Origin: Nitrospirota bacterium
GTDB lineage: Bacteria > Nitrospirota > UBA9217
Assembly (NCBI GenBank): GCA_963740085.1
Contig: CAVUCU010000001.1
Location: forward strand, 736,001 to 800,000
Length of the DNA: 64,000 nucleotides
Reading direction: 5' to 3'
The translations under genes were made by a program, and so were the position numbers. Numbering within the stretch: position 1 is the first letter of the stretch; each line of letters opens with the position of its first letter. The notes beneath the pieces are model-generated. The model saw nothing but the letters and a program-made list of their open reading frames with translations, did no database searches and was not told the DNA's origin. Of this stretch, positions 51,433 to 61,569 are shown piece by piece.

Positions 51433-51687
51433 TTTTCATATTAAATAATTCTGAACCTAAAGCACCCGCTCCTCATCCAACGGACCCGGAACCGATATAC
51501 GCGGAGTTAATACAGATACTTACCTGTCTTATCGCTCAGTTGCATCAAATTGCTCTTGACTTCTAAAGTTATAATCAATATATTGCATGGTAATTATAAA
51601 AATTATAATGAGTTTAGAATATACATTACCTCTATTTGTCTCATACGGCGTCACCACGACAAAAAACTAAAAAAAGGAGGTTCATGC

Positions 51688-53007
51688 ATGAAGAGCTTCA
51701 GATTTATCACACTTCTCGCTTTCCTCGCGCTGACCTGCATGGTTTTTTTGACTGGTCAGAATACTCACGCGAAGGAAGCGAAGAAAGCAACAAGTATCGA
51801 CGAACTGGCAAAGATGTACGACTCGACCGGATGCAAAGACTGTCATGAAGGCATCTACAAGGAGTGGGAGAAGTCGATCCATTCTCGTTCCATGTTTGGG
51901 ACCGGCAGAACAGCGGCGACCATCAAGACCACGGTAGCGGTCGGACTCACCGGCTGGCAGTACTCGGGCGTGAAGAAACCGGAGGATGTCCAGGTAAAGC
52001 ATCTTATGCTCTGCGCTAAATGTCACCTGCCGCAGCTTGCTGAGGCAACCGACGCAGTTGCCAAGGAGATCGTAAAGAACGCTTACGTCTACGCGGACCC
52101 GAAATCGACCGATGAGGCGAGAGACAAGGCAATCGAAAAGCTCTCCAAGGTGAACATAAACTGCCTTATCTGCCACCAGCGAAATGCCATAACCCACAAG
52201 TGGGCTGACGGGTTCCCGGCGAAAGACACCGTATATGGATTCAAGAACGGCGAGCACGCGGACCCGGCCCATCCGAAGATGAAGGAAAGCAAGATCATGG
52301 ATGAGTCCATCCTCTGCGGCCAGTGTCACGGACTCGGACCGAACTTAGAGCTCGAAGAGCCGTCACAATGCGCCACACTTTACGGTTCTTATCTCTTCTC
52401 ATATGTACCTGAAGGCGGGCATGAAAAGTGCCAGGATTGCCACATGAAGAAGAGCAAGCTCGGCCACAACATACAAAGTTATCGCGATACGGATATGGGC
52501 AAGGCCGCCGTGGACTTCAAGGTCGAAGCCTTTGGATATCAGTGGCGCGACGGTTCCAGGATGGTACCGCAGGCTTCTGTGAAAGTTGAGATGATCAACC
52601 GAGCCGGCCACGCCATCCCGGACGGCTGACCAACGCCCAACCGGCTGGTCCTGGAAGTGACCGCGAAAGACAGTAAAGGTAAAGAGGTGTTCAAACAGTC
52701 AAAAACCTATATGCCCATTCCCCAGCAGCTCGGCCGCGGCGACAAGATGGGCCGCGGACCTTACGAAAAGAGCGGCATACTGCGCGACACGAGTCTGCCG
52801 CCGAATCGTCTCGTCATCGAGAGCTTCGACATTCCCTTCCCCGCAGAGTTCACGAAGAAAGACGGGAAAAATGTAACGACGATTCTTGACTACGATATGA
52901 ACGTTACCGTGGAACTAATGTACGAGCCTTTCGGCACCAACGATAGCGATACCTTCACGTGGCAGAAGGTAACGAAAAAGGTGAGCATCGAAAAAGGCGG
53001 CGTGTAA
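51688..53007 (+). CDS. pentaheme c-type cytochrome selenoprotein, ExtKL-like (UGA at 52627-52629)
   Basis: AGGAGG RBS, signal peptide and five CxxCH motifs. AGHAIPDG-UGA-PTPNRLVLEV continues in the same frame into ORF 52657..53007, which has no RBS of its own. Confidence 0.85.
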
Positions 53008-53048
53008 GGAACCAAATTACAATCACACCGTTCAACTGATGACATTGC

Positions 53049-53086
53049 AATGCCGGAGGGAGTCAATCTCCCACCGGCATTTTTTT
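53049..53086 (+). terminator. intrinsic terminator after the extKL-like gene
   Basis: ATGCCGGAGGGAG-TCAAT-CTCCCACCGGCAT-TTTTTT. Confidence 0.8.
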
Positions 53087-53156
53087 GTCTCATCTCATGC
53101 TGACACCAGTGCGTTCCTCAGGTCCGACGCACGAAGTTTGCCCGGGAGAAACGGCC

Positions 53157-54866
53157 TCACTGTTTGTTGTATCGCAAGTAGCGGCCCTTGTTTATTTTCT
53201 TGACGCGATACATTGCCTCGTCTGCCCTGTTCAGGAGCGTCCCCGCGTCCTCGCCGTCCATGGGATAGACGCTGATGCCGATGCTCACACCAACCGAGCA
53301 ACAGTGCCCTTTCAGGTCAAAAGGATCGGACAGGCTTGCAATGATCTTGCGAGCGACGAGCTCCGCTTCCTCCGGCATCGTGATCGTGCGGCAGATTCCG
53401 ATAAACTCATCGCCGCCAATACGCGCGATCGGGTCTGATTCCCGCATGCTGGCTACCAACCTTTGCGACACCTCCTGAAGCAGTCGGTCGCCTGTCTCGT
53501 GACCGTAGGTATCATTAATGGGTTTAAAATCATCCATGTCGATATAGAGAAGCGCAAAAATATTCCGGTCTCGTTTTGCCTCGGCAAGGACCTGATGAAT
53601 AAGGTCAAAGAACAGTATGCGATTGGGGAGCCCTGTAAGGGGGTCATGCAGTGCGAGATGCTCGATCCGCTGAGCTGCATGTTTCCGGTCGGAGATGTCA
53701 CGGAAGATCATCTGCTCCGCAGGTTGCCCCTGGTACGAAAAACGCACACCGGCGACCTCCACCTCGACCACCGCGCCGTCGAGCCGCACATACTTCTCCT
53801 CGGTCCATGATATGAGATCCATGCTGTTTTCAAGCCGCTGCAGCCGCGATTTCTCGATTTCCCCGTAGTCCGGATGTACGACATCCAATCCGGACATGCC
53901 GATCAGCTGGCCGGCATGTGTTGCCCCGAGCAGTCTCATCCCGGCTGGATTGACGAATACAAATTTTCCCTCGACGTGAACGGAAATGCCGTCGGGTGAT
54001 AGCTCGATCAGCCGCCGGTATCGTTCCTCGCTTTCCCGCACAGCCTCTTCAGCCATCCTCCGCTCGGTAATATCCCGCGTCACGAGAACGATCCGGGAGA
54101 TGCGTCCGTCCGCGTCCCGGATGGGTGAGGATGACACTTCGTCGTACCGTCTGCCTCCGCTTGCGCCGCAGTGAATATGTTCGACCGTCATATGTCCGCC
54201 GGTTTTGATTGTTTCTAGAACCGGACAGATATCTTCAGGCTTCGCCAATATGTCTTGCCGACTATGCATTATCTCGTGGCACATCTTGCCGATGATTTCA
54301 TCTCCATGCGCCCCGTGCCCGGCCACAAATGCGGCATTGGCCCTTACAATCTTGAATGTGTCCACATCGATGATTATAATTTCCTCATGCAGGCTGTCAA
54401 GCACGGTCTGAAGAAATTTACGCGACTGATCGAGGTCACGGGTCCGATCGCTGACCCGCCGTTCCAGCGACTCGCCGAGAAGAAAAAGATCCCGGGTCCG
54501 ATCGCCGACCCGCCGTTCCAGCGACTCATTGAACAACCGGAGATTTTCCTCGGCCTGCCCGACTTTCCTGATCGTATCACGCGTGAGCTTGATCATCATG
54601 AAGACGAAGATCGCGCCGCCGAGGAAAACAGGAGCCGTGATCAGCTCCGTGGGGATGGAGAATCTGCTGACGAGAATGATGAAAAGGAGAACGTATCCGG
54701 CGAGGAAAAACTTCATGAGCTTCGTCATGAAGCGCCATCGACCCAAAAGTTCATCGGGAATGTGGCGCTTCATCTTTTGCCCGGCGATAATTGCGGAAAG
54801 CATGATAAAAGCACCGCATAAGACCACCAGACCCGCAGCACTATTTACATTCGCGTACGTATCCAT
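53157..54866 (-). CDS. membrane PAS-PAS diguanylate cyclase
   Basis: Three TM helices, a duplicated coiled-coil linker, two PAS domains, HDPLTGLPNR, RESD I-site and GGDEF. Confidence 0.9.
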   Translation of the reverse strand: MDTYANVNSAAGLVVLCGAFIMLSAIIAGQKMKRHIPDELLGRWRFMTKLMKFFLAGYVLLFIILVSRFSIPTELITAPVFLGGAIFVFMMIKLTRDTIRKVGQAEENLRLFNESLERRVGDRTRDLFLLGESLERRVSDRTRDLDQSRKFLQTVLDSLHEEIIIIDVDTFKIVRANAAFVAGHGAHGDEIIGKMCHEIMHSRQDILAKPEDICPVLETIKTGGHMTVEHIHCGASGGRRYDEVSSSPIRDADGRISRIVLVTRDITERRMAEEAVRESEERYRRLIELSPDGISVHVEGKFVFVNPAGMRLLGATHAGQLIGMSGLDVVHPDYGEIEKSRLQRLENSMDLISWTEEKYVRLDGAVVEVEVAGVRFSYQGQPAEQMIFRDISDRKHAAQRIEHLALHDPLTGLPNRILFFDLIHQVLAEAKRDRNIFALLYIDMDDFKPINDTYGHETGDRLLQEVSQRLVASMRESDPIARIGGDEFIGICRTITMPEEAELVARKIIASLSDPFDLKGHCCSVGVSIGISVYPMDGEDAGTLLNRADEAMYRVKKINKGRYLRYNKQ

Positions 54867-55119
54867 CGAGTCTTTCTTCGTGCCTGACCGTAAAAATCGC
54901 CACTCAGCCTAAGGGCGTCTTGTTGTCGTATAAACTTTCAGATGGTCCATCTTGAAGTAAATCCAATTCATACAAAAAGAGATTGCAGATCATGTACTTA
55001 TTCATTATACTGTGAAACAGAAGGCGATTACGGGTTCTGCGCAAGACCGCGGTTTCAACGGGCCGTTGGTCCAATGCACGTTGCCGTATATTTATTGAAA
55101 AGAAAAAGATCGGCAGAAC

Positions 55120-55512
55120 ATGAAAAAAATCCTCCTGATCGATGACGATGCGGCCTTCCTCAAGTTGCTCGAGGAATACGTGGAGAGGCGTTATCCCGGG
55201 CTTACTGTACTTACCTGCAATGATCCGATCAAGTGCCTCACCTCAATCACCGACGACCTTGATCTCGTGCTGGTCGATCTGGAAATGCCGGGCCTGGACG
55301 GCTCCAAGATCCTCTCCTATGCAGTCTCCAAAGGTTTGAGCAAGAACAGGATCATCATTCTTTCGGGACACGATGCCGACTACCTGCACGACCGGTTTCC
55401 GATGGGCAGCTGCCTGGCGGTTCTCAACAAATTCGAGGCCCAGCAGGAAAGTGCCCTGGATATGATCTTCAACTCTCTGCAGCAGAAAGACCAGACAGAA
55501 AAAAAAGTCTGA
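55120..55512 (+). CDS. single-domain response regulator
   Basis: ILLIDDD, DLVLVDLEMPGLDG and IIILSG. Confidence 0.85.
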   Translation: MKKILLIDDDAAFLKLLEEYVERRYPGLTVLTCNDPIKCLTSITDDLDLVLVDLEMPGLDGSKILSYAVSKGLSKNRIIILSGHDADYLHDRFPMGSCLAVLNKFEAQQESALDMIFNSLQQKDQTEKKV

Positions 55513-55538
55513 TTTTTTCTGAAAAATGCCTGGGACGG

Positions 55539-56474
55539 TTACCGCAATATCCCCTTCACGATCACGTCCACCGCCTCTTCAGGCGAAAGACCGTGCGCCA
55601 TGAGCGTTTCCATCTGTCGCTTGTCCACGCTGCCGATCGCTGCCTCGTGCGTCACCTTTGCCAGGGGATGGGTCACCTGAACGAGCGGATAGGCTTTTGC
55701 CACCGCCCTGTCCTTCACGATCTCCATGCAGTCCACGTGCCCCCGAGCCCCTGCGGCATTGCCTTCGGTAATTCCTCTGACCTCGGCGGTGGCCTCGTCT
55801 TCGATCGCGACCCTGGCCTTGATAAGCCCTCGCGCATTTTCTCCGTTCAGCACCACCTTTTCCTGAATTGCTATTTTATCATTTGCATGGCCGAAGACAC
55901 GCGTTGTGAGTTCAACCACCGCATTTTCTCCCGCCTCGACAGAATAGTCGATCCCGAGCTTCCCGACCCTGCCCGTGGTGAGCGTAAAGTCAGTGAAATA
56001 CCTGCCGTTCTTCTGGACCTTCACCGCAAGCTTCGGCATGACCTCGATTCCGCCGTGCAGACCGTGATAATGGGTCTCGGCATACCGCATCTCGGCGCCC
56101 TCTCCGATCTCCACCACGGCATCCATGAGGTGACGCACCTTCTCGGCATTCGGAAATATGCAGTGGGCAATGAAGGCTGCCGAAGAATCCTTTTCGAGCG
56201 TTATATCCATCTTGATCTCCTGCGTTCCCTTTTTGTGAAGCACGCCGAAGCAGAGGTGGACAGGCTTCCGAAGCTTAATGCTTTCATGCACACGAACTCG
56301 TGCGAAAATACCCCTGCGGGTCTCCCTGGCATCGACGTCGAGCCCTTCAACCTTCCGGGAGCTGAGGATGGTATGGCCGCTTGCGGCGAGGTGCGCCGTC
56401 CCGGCGTCCGCAAGCGCGCCCGTGTCCCCGCCTGCTTCGCCGAATGCCTTCATAAGGTCATCAAGTTCAGACAT
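55539..56474 (-). CDS. SufB/SufD-family Fe-S scaffold (SmsB-like)
   Basis: PVHLCFG, AHCIFPNA, GHVDCMEIV and AKVTHEAAIGSVD. Confidence 0.88.
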   Translation of the reverse strand: MSELDDLMKAFGEAGGDTGALADAGTAHLAASGHTILSSRKVEGLDVDARETRRGIFARVRVHESIKLRKPVHLCFGVLHKKGTQEIKMDITLEKDSSAAFIAHCIFPNAEKVRHLMDAVVEIGEGAEMRYAETHYHGLHGGIEVMPKLAVKVQKNGRYFTDFTLTTGRVGKLGIDYSVEAGENAVVELTTRVFGHANDKIAIQEKVVLNGENARGLIKARVAIEDEATAEVRGITEGNAAGARGHVDCMEIVKDRAVAKAYPLVQVTHPLAKVTHEAAIGSVDKRQMETLMAHGLSPEEAVDVIVKGILR

Positions 56475-57195
56475 GGTTGCACTCCACTTTTGCGCAAGTC
56501 ATGCACTTCTGCGTTTTATAATGTTCCGCAACCTTTTCCGGGCCACCGGAACAGATGATCTTCCCGTGGCATAGCTGTGACGCCTGATCAGCTATACCGG
56601 CGATCTCTTCACGGTGGGTGATGAGCAGTACCGCTGTGCCGTTCTTTTTGAATGCATTGATAACATGAATGACGTCCTGGATCGAGAGCATATCGATGCC
56701 GGAATCGGGCTCATCAAGGATCGCAAGCTTCGGGTTCAACGCAAGGACCGAGGCAAGTTCGATCCTCTTGCGTTCACCGCCGCTCAAGCACTTGTCGACC
56801 ATCCTGTGCACATAGAGGTCCGGTGAAAGACCGACGAGCTGAAGGAGCGGTCCGGGATCGGTCTTCCTGTTTTTCATGGTGAGGTAATCTCCAACCGTGA
56901 TCCCTTCGAACCTGACCGGCTCCTGCCACGCCATGGTGATCCCGAGTCTGGCGCGTTCGTGGATCGGGAGGGTGTTCACAATGGCGCCGGCCAGACGGAT
57001 CTCACCTGATGATGGCTGATATCCCTCGCATCCCATGATAAGATAGGCAAGTGTGCTCTTACCCGTACCATTCGTGCCGAGGAGCGCATGGACCTTGCCG
57101 GATTCTATGGCGAGGGACAGCCCGGAGAGGATGGGCCTTCCCCCCTTCTCCGGTACAACACCATATTCGACGTTGTTGACCTCGAGAAGCGGCAT
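56467..57195 (-). CDS. SufC-like ABC ATPase (SmsC-like)
   Basis: GTNGTGKST, LSGGERKRIE, LDEPDSGID and a C-terminal CMTCAKVEC (CxxC...C). Confidence 0.88.
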   Translation of the reverse strand: MPLLEVNNVEYGVVPEKGGRPILSGLSLAIESGKVHALLGTNGTGKSTLAYLIMGCEGYQPSSGEIRLAGAIVNTLPIHERARLGITMAWQEPVRFEGITVGDYLTMKNRKTDPGPLLQLVGLSPDLYVHRMVDKCLSGGERKRIELASVLALNPKLAILDEPDSGIDMLSIQDVIHVINAFKKNGTAVLLITHREEIAGIADQASQLCHGKIICSGGPEKVAEHYKTQKCMTCAKVECNHV

Positions 57196-57343
57196 GAGAA
57201 TTCCTTCACTTTTTAACAAAACCTTTTTAACGACAGATAGTTCTGTTCTGAATGGACTTCTGTTTCTATTGTAGCAAAAATGTTGGTTACATAGCGGAGG
57301 AAGAATAGATCGGAAGGACAAACAAACGTGAACGGCAATGCAC

Positions 57344-57381
57344 AAAAAAAACCGCTGTCCTGACGACCAGGACAGCGGTTT
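57344..57381 (-). terminator. intrinsic terminator after the HesB-like gene
   Basis: Perfect stem AAACCGCTGTCCTG/CAGGACAGCGGTTT with a U-tract on the minus strand. Confidence 0.85.
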
Positions 57382-57409
57382 ACATTATTTTATAGTTATA
57401 GGGCTCTGT

Positions 57410-57712
57410 TTAACAACTGCAGGATGAACCGCATGAACTCGGCTGCATTCCCGTAAGCACAAACCCCTGACCTTCCTGAAAATCGATATTCGTGCTCTTC
57501 AGCATCTCGTGCGCACGCTCCTCCAGGAAAACCTTAAGGCCCTGCATCTCAAGGGTCTTATCGCCAACCTGGGCGGCTTTGGCTATGTCCATAGCCAATG
57601 AGGGGCTTCAGCCGCCCGGTACGACGAATAACCTTACACCGTCGCCAGCAGATCCCTGCTTTTGAACGACTTCCTTAAACTTGTTCACTGCACCGTCTGT
57701 TAAATTTACCAT
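57410..57712 (-). CDS. HesB/IscA-like selenoprotein (UGA at codon 35)
   Basis: GGAGGA RBS. MVNLTDGAVNKFKEVV...GVRLFVVPGG-UGA-SPSLAMDI...GLKVFLE...IDF...CGSSCSC*. Hairpin TTGGCTAT-GGAC-ATAGCCAA right after the UGA. Confidence 0.87.
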
Positions 57713-58449
57713 TCTTCCTCCTTCATTGCCTGAGAGCCAAAGTCAGACAGTAATTTATGATGTTTTTTATATTACCTCTATATTCAAATATTCGCAACTC
57801 TTTTTTAACTATTAAATTCTTTTTTTTCTGACCAGTACCTTATCGAGTATGGCTTTGACAAATAAAGCATATTTATTCCAGGTTCTCCCTCGTACGGTAA
57901 AATAATGACGAAAAATCTATACAACTCTTATATTAATCGGTTGTTGTTCATACATGCCTTCCAGCCACGACCAGACATGTAATCCCCTCGTAAATATTCC
58001 GCTCAGATGTTCCTTTTGGGACGGATTTCTTGCCGTTATCCTGAACATCTATTTAGCTCGTTATATTGAGAAGTGTTGCCAATGTGTCACAGAGCGTCGT
58101 TACCGGTGCCATTGAAGTTAGTTTATCCTTTCGTTATATATAATACAGTGATCTTAATTCATCTTAAACAGGGGGGAGCATGTCATGAGAAAGATAAGAG
58201 TAGCAGCAATATGCATATTGTGTGGTTTGGCCGGTCTCTTTTATGTCCCGTCGATCCACGCGGGACCGCTCATCGAATTCGGTAAAGACTGCGGTCTCGT
58301 CGCTGAGATGAAGAAATACGGGTACCGATTTGATAAAATCTTCGATACAGTCTTTCTTGATCGTTCTCTTGTTAACTATATTAGTTTCCGGTCTTTTCAT
58401 TTATCTCCTTTGTCGACGCCACTAGGATCGAGGACTGCCAAAACCGTGG

Positions 58450-59202
58450 TCACAGCAGTCCCCATGCCATCTTCGCGGCAATCGCATAGAGCACGACGCC
58501 GATGATCTTCTTCACCTGTCCGGCGTCGAGCTTCTTGTGCATGAGCCAGGAGCCGAGAATCGCCCCTGCTATCGAGCCTATTGCCGCGAATGTAAGAAGG
58601 TTCCAGTTGATGGACCCCAGTGCCGCGTGGCCGAAGAAGCCCGAAAGCGACGAGAAGACAACGATGAAGGCAGTCGTTGCCGATGCTTTTTTGGGGTCGA
58701 TGCCGAGCCACACGAGAGCCGGAACAATGAAGTTTCCACCGCCGACTCCCAAGAGACCACCGAGATACCCAGCCCCGATGCCGAGGCCGATGCCGGTCTT
58801 GAGCTCCTTCCCGCCGTCTCCATGCCCCTCCGTTTTCTTCTTCGGTTTATAAAAAAGCATCATCGATGCCGCGAAGACGAGAAAGATCACGAAGAGCAGA
58901 ATCAGAATGTTCTTCGGGAAGTATCGCGTTGAATATGCACCCAGAGGAGAAAAGACGATGGCAAGCACGATAATGGGCAAGGCCGTGCGGAAAAGGACGA
59001 GTTTGTAACGGATATAGTTGGCAGAGGCAAAGGTCATACTGATGGCGTTCAACAGCAAACCGATGGCCATGGCCTCGGTAAGCGGCACGCCGAGCCAGTA
59101 GAATGTGGGAATAACGATGAACGCCGATCCCACTCCCGCGATGGTGAGGACCGTGGTGAAGACAAAGACAAGGACGGCTGCGGCTAAATTGATGGTGAGC
59201 AT
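58450..59202 (-). CDS. TauE/SafE-family membrane protein
   Basis: AGVGSAF and GGLLGVGGGNF half-repeats, ~8 TM helices. Confidence 0.85.
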   Translation of the reverse strand: MLTINLAAAVLVFVFTTVLTIAGVGSAFIVIPTFYWLGVPLTEAMAIGLLLNAISMTFASANYIRYKLVLFRTALPIIVLAIVFSPLGAYSTRYFPKNILILLFVIFLVFAASMMLFYKPKKKTEGHGDGGKELKTGIGLGIGAGYLGGLLGVGGGNFIVPALVWLGIDPKKASATTAFIVVFSSLSGFFGHAALGSINWNLLTFAAIGSIAGAILGSWLMHKKLDAGQVKKIIGVVLYAIAAKMAWGLL

Positions 59203-59367
59203 GTTGGGCCCCTTTTATACCATGCCGTACTCGCGTATACGTGTTCACTGCAAAAAGGGCAAAGGGCGCCGAGAAAAAATCTCCTCCCGCGCAGGGGAAA
59301 TTATCCCTTCCCCCGGCGATCTCTGCGGCAGATTCGGTTTGGTTCATAACGGGTACGACCGGTTTCG

Positions 59368-59976
59368 CTATTTCCCGGTTGCCGAACAAGGGATGCAGAG
59401 CATCCGTCCGTCAGGAGCCTTTGTCAATTTATCCGTGAATACCGCCTCCCCGCATTTTGCGCAGCGCTTGACCTCGAAGTTCGCCGATCCTTTCTTCAGG
59501 TCCTTGTGGAATACATCGCTGATATTCAGGAAATCAGCCTCGGGAAGCCCCAATACCCGATCGACAAGGGGGTCTGTAATCGCGGCGGGAATATCCTGAG
59601 GCGGCACACCCTTTTTCCTCTCCTGCACAAAGGGCGAATTGAGCGCCTTTTCGAAAAATTCGGGCTTCAGAGAGACACGGACCGCTCTCCCGGTTTTCGC
59701 GTCGACGAGCGTGAAGGCCATCTTACTGTAATAGAGCTTCTGGATGTTCGCTTTCCCGTAGGTGCAGCCCGTTGCGGTCATAAGCCCGTCAAGGAAACAG
59801 CCCGCGGCATGCCCTTTGCCGGTTTCCGATTCCATGAAGAGTTCCTTGTCCTGAGATCGTTCGACGCCGAGCGCCTTCATAGCGGCAAGGCCCGCTCTCA
59901 GGCCCATCGGCATGGCCGGGCACTTGTGTCCGTGAAACTTCATCGCAGTGTCAAAATATTCGTTAAATTCTTTCAT
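59368..59976 (-). CDS. FmdE/FwdE-family protein with a C-terminal zinc finger
   Basis: [22 protein letters not shown] and CAKCGE...CIPC. Confidence 0.88.
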   Translation of the reverse strand: MKEFNEYFDTAMKFHGHKCPAMPMGLRAGLAAMKALGVERSQDKELFMESETGKGHAAGCFLDGLMTATGCTYGKANIQKLYYSKMAFTLVDAKTGRAVRVSLKPEFFEKALNSPFVQERKKGVPPQDIPAAITDPLVDRVLGLPEADFLNISDVFHKDLKKGSANFEVKRCAKCGEAVFTDKLTKAPDGRMLCIPCSATGK

Positions 59977-60164
59977 GGCAAGCCTCCGTTGTGATGAGTT
60001 GGATTTACCTCAACTATTGAACTCCATAACCGCAGGCGAGTTACCAGCCGTTCCACCAGCAGTGGCAAATGACGGAGAAACGTTTTTTGGTCCTTACTTT
60101 TCTGTGTGGCATGTTCCGCTCCTTCGAGAGACGCAAATTCGCGCTCCAGGCCCCACGGGAAGTA

Positions 60165-60737
60165 TTAGAGCGCCTTCTTTATTGAGAAGGCCCCCCGCAG
60201 CTGGTTAATCGAATAGCCGATGGCCTTGTCGTGCGGATACTCGTTCGTAAGTTGAGCCTTAACCTGCGGTGCGATCGTTTCCGGCGTGCCATGACATTTC
60301 AGGCAAACATCCTGGATCGGGATCGCCTTCATATACCGCATAAACTTGCCTTGAGGTTCAGTAACGATTTCAGCATATTCTATCGTTGCGGGATTTTCCT
60401 TTTCCATGCGAACCGCAAAATCGGCCAGAACCTTCTGTTCCCAGGCGTCCGGCGAGCCAAGCAGGGGATTTCGTGTCTTCAAGGAAACCCGCGTGACGCG
60501 CTGCCCGGTTTTGCGCGAAAGCTCCGAGGTAATTGCCGGGGCAAGGTCCTTGCACACTTTGATTGCCGCAGCCGGCCCATTTGCTCCCATTTCTTTCTGC
60601 AGGGCGCCACCAAGTCTGGCAGCCATTTCCTTGACGACAGTGCGGCTGTCTTCCTGAAATTTTGCAAGATCATCCGCCATAGCCGAACTCGCGCACAAGC
60701 CAATTACAAGGGTAACCGTGATCCATGTTTTTTTCAT
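60165..60737 (-). CDS. DUF3365 / Tll0287-like monoheme periplasmic protein
   Basis: Signal peptide, RVSLKTRNP, RYMKAIP..CLKCHG and YPHDKAIGY..QLRGAFS. Confidence 0.85.
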   Translation of the reverse strand: MKKTWITVTLVIGLCASSAMADDLAKFQEDSRTVVKEMAARLGGALQKEMGANGPAAAIKVCKDLAPAITSELSRKTGQRVTRVSLKTRNPLLGSPDAWEQKVLADFAVRMEKENPATIEYAEIVTEPQGKFMRYMKAIPIQDVCLKCHGTPETIAPQVKAQLTNEYPHDKAIGYSINQLRGAFSIKKAL

Positions 60738-60800
60738 TTGCTTCGTCTCCTTTGTGTTTTTTTTATCGAACTCCTGAATCATGTCCAAGCGTTTTTTTCG

Positions 60801-61490
60801 CTACCAGTTTGTCACTCCCAGATAAAGCCCCGCTGCCGCAAGTATTGCGCCGCTAAGCCGTTTCGAGTACAGAGAAAAGTTCTTGATCCCTTTCGAGCTG
60901 ACAATGCTCTCCGTCAGTCCGATGGAAAGCCCTGCAATAAAAATCAATGCGCAATGCCCCACAGCGTAGGCGAAGAGGAGCGAACCGCCGTACAGCATAT
61001 CTCCCTGCGTGGAAACATAGGCGAGGATGACAGCCAGAACAGGCGTGGCGCAAGGAGATGACACTGTGCCGGTCAGGAGCCCGAGGAAGAACGCGCCCCA
61101 CAATCCTTTGCTCTTGACCATCCGCGTCTTCTGAAAAGGAAGGGGAATCGAAATGATCCCCATAAGCTGGAGTCCCATTGCAACGGCGACGACTGCAAGC
61201 CCGATATAGAGCCACCTGCCCATGAAACCGAAGAATGCACCCATAACCGATGCAGCCGCGCCAAGAAGCGTAAACGTGATGGAGAGTCCGAGAATGAAGA
61301 CCAACGAATAAAGAGCGGCCTTCCTTTTGTTTCCTTCCGAATACCCGCCCACGTATCCAATGATCAGCGGAATTGCCGCAAGCACGCAGGGGCTTGCCGC
61401 GGATATGATCCCGGCAACGAATACGGCGACGAACGCCAGTCCCCGCTGATTTTGGATGATATGCTGGACATTGTTGAAAACGGATTCCAT
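60801..61490 (-). CDS. CcdA/DsbD-like thiol-disulfide transporter
   Basis: SPCVLAAIP and SPCATPVL in a 6-TM protein. Confidence 0.88.
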   Translation of the reverse strand: MESVFNNVQHIIQNQRGLAFVAVFVAGIISAASPCVLAAIPLIIGYVGGYSEGNKRKAALYSLVFILGLSITFTLLGAAASVMGAFFGFMGRWLYIGLAVVAVAMGLQLMGIISIPLPFQKTRMVKSKGLWGAFFLGLLTGTVSSPCATPVLAVILAYVSTQGDMLYGGSLLFAYAVGHCALIFIAGLSIGLTESIVSSKGIKNFSLYSKRLSGAILAAAGLYLGVTNW

Positions 61491-61569
61491 AGCCGCTATC
61501 TGGCCTCGGTGAGTTTCTCGGCAAAATTGGGGGGCAGACCTCTTGCGATAATGGCCGTTGATGCTTTCA

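Noticed and set aside
55020-55090. c-di-GMP-I riboswitch between the DGC and the response regulator
   Set aside because: GCAAGACC and TTGCCG are only vaguely similar. There is no GAAA tetraloop P2 stem or receptor.
59977-60112. Sec read-through (TGA 60010-60012) into fmdE, or a 23-aa ORF MPHRKVRTKKRFSVICHCWWNGW
   Set aside because: fmdE has its own GGAGG RBS and no SECIS-like stem follows the TGA. The short ORF has an RBS but no other support.
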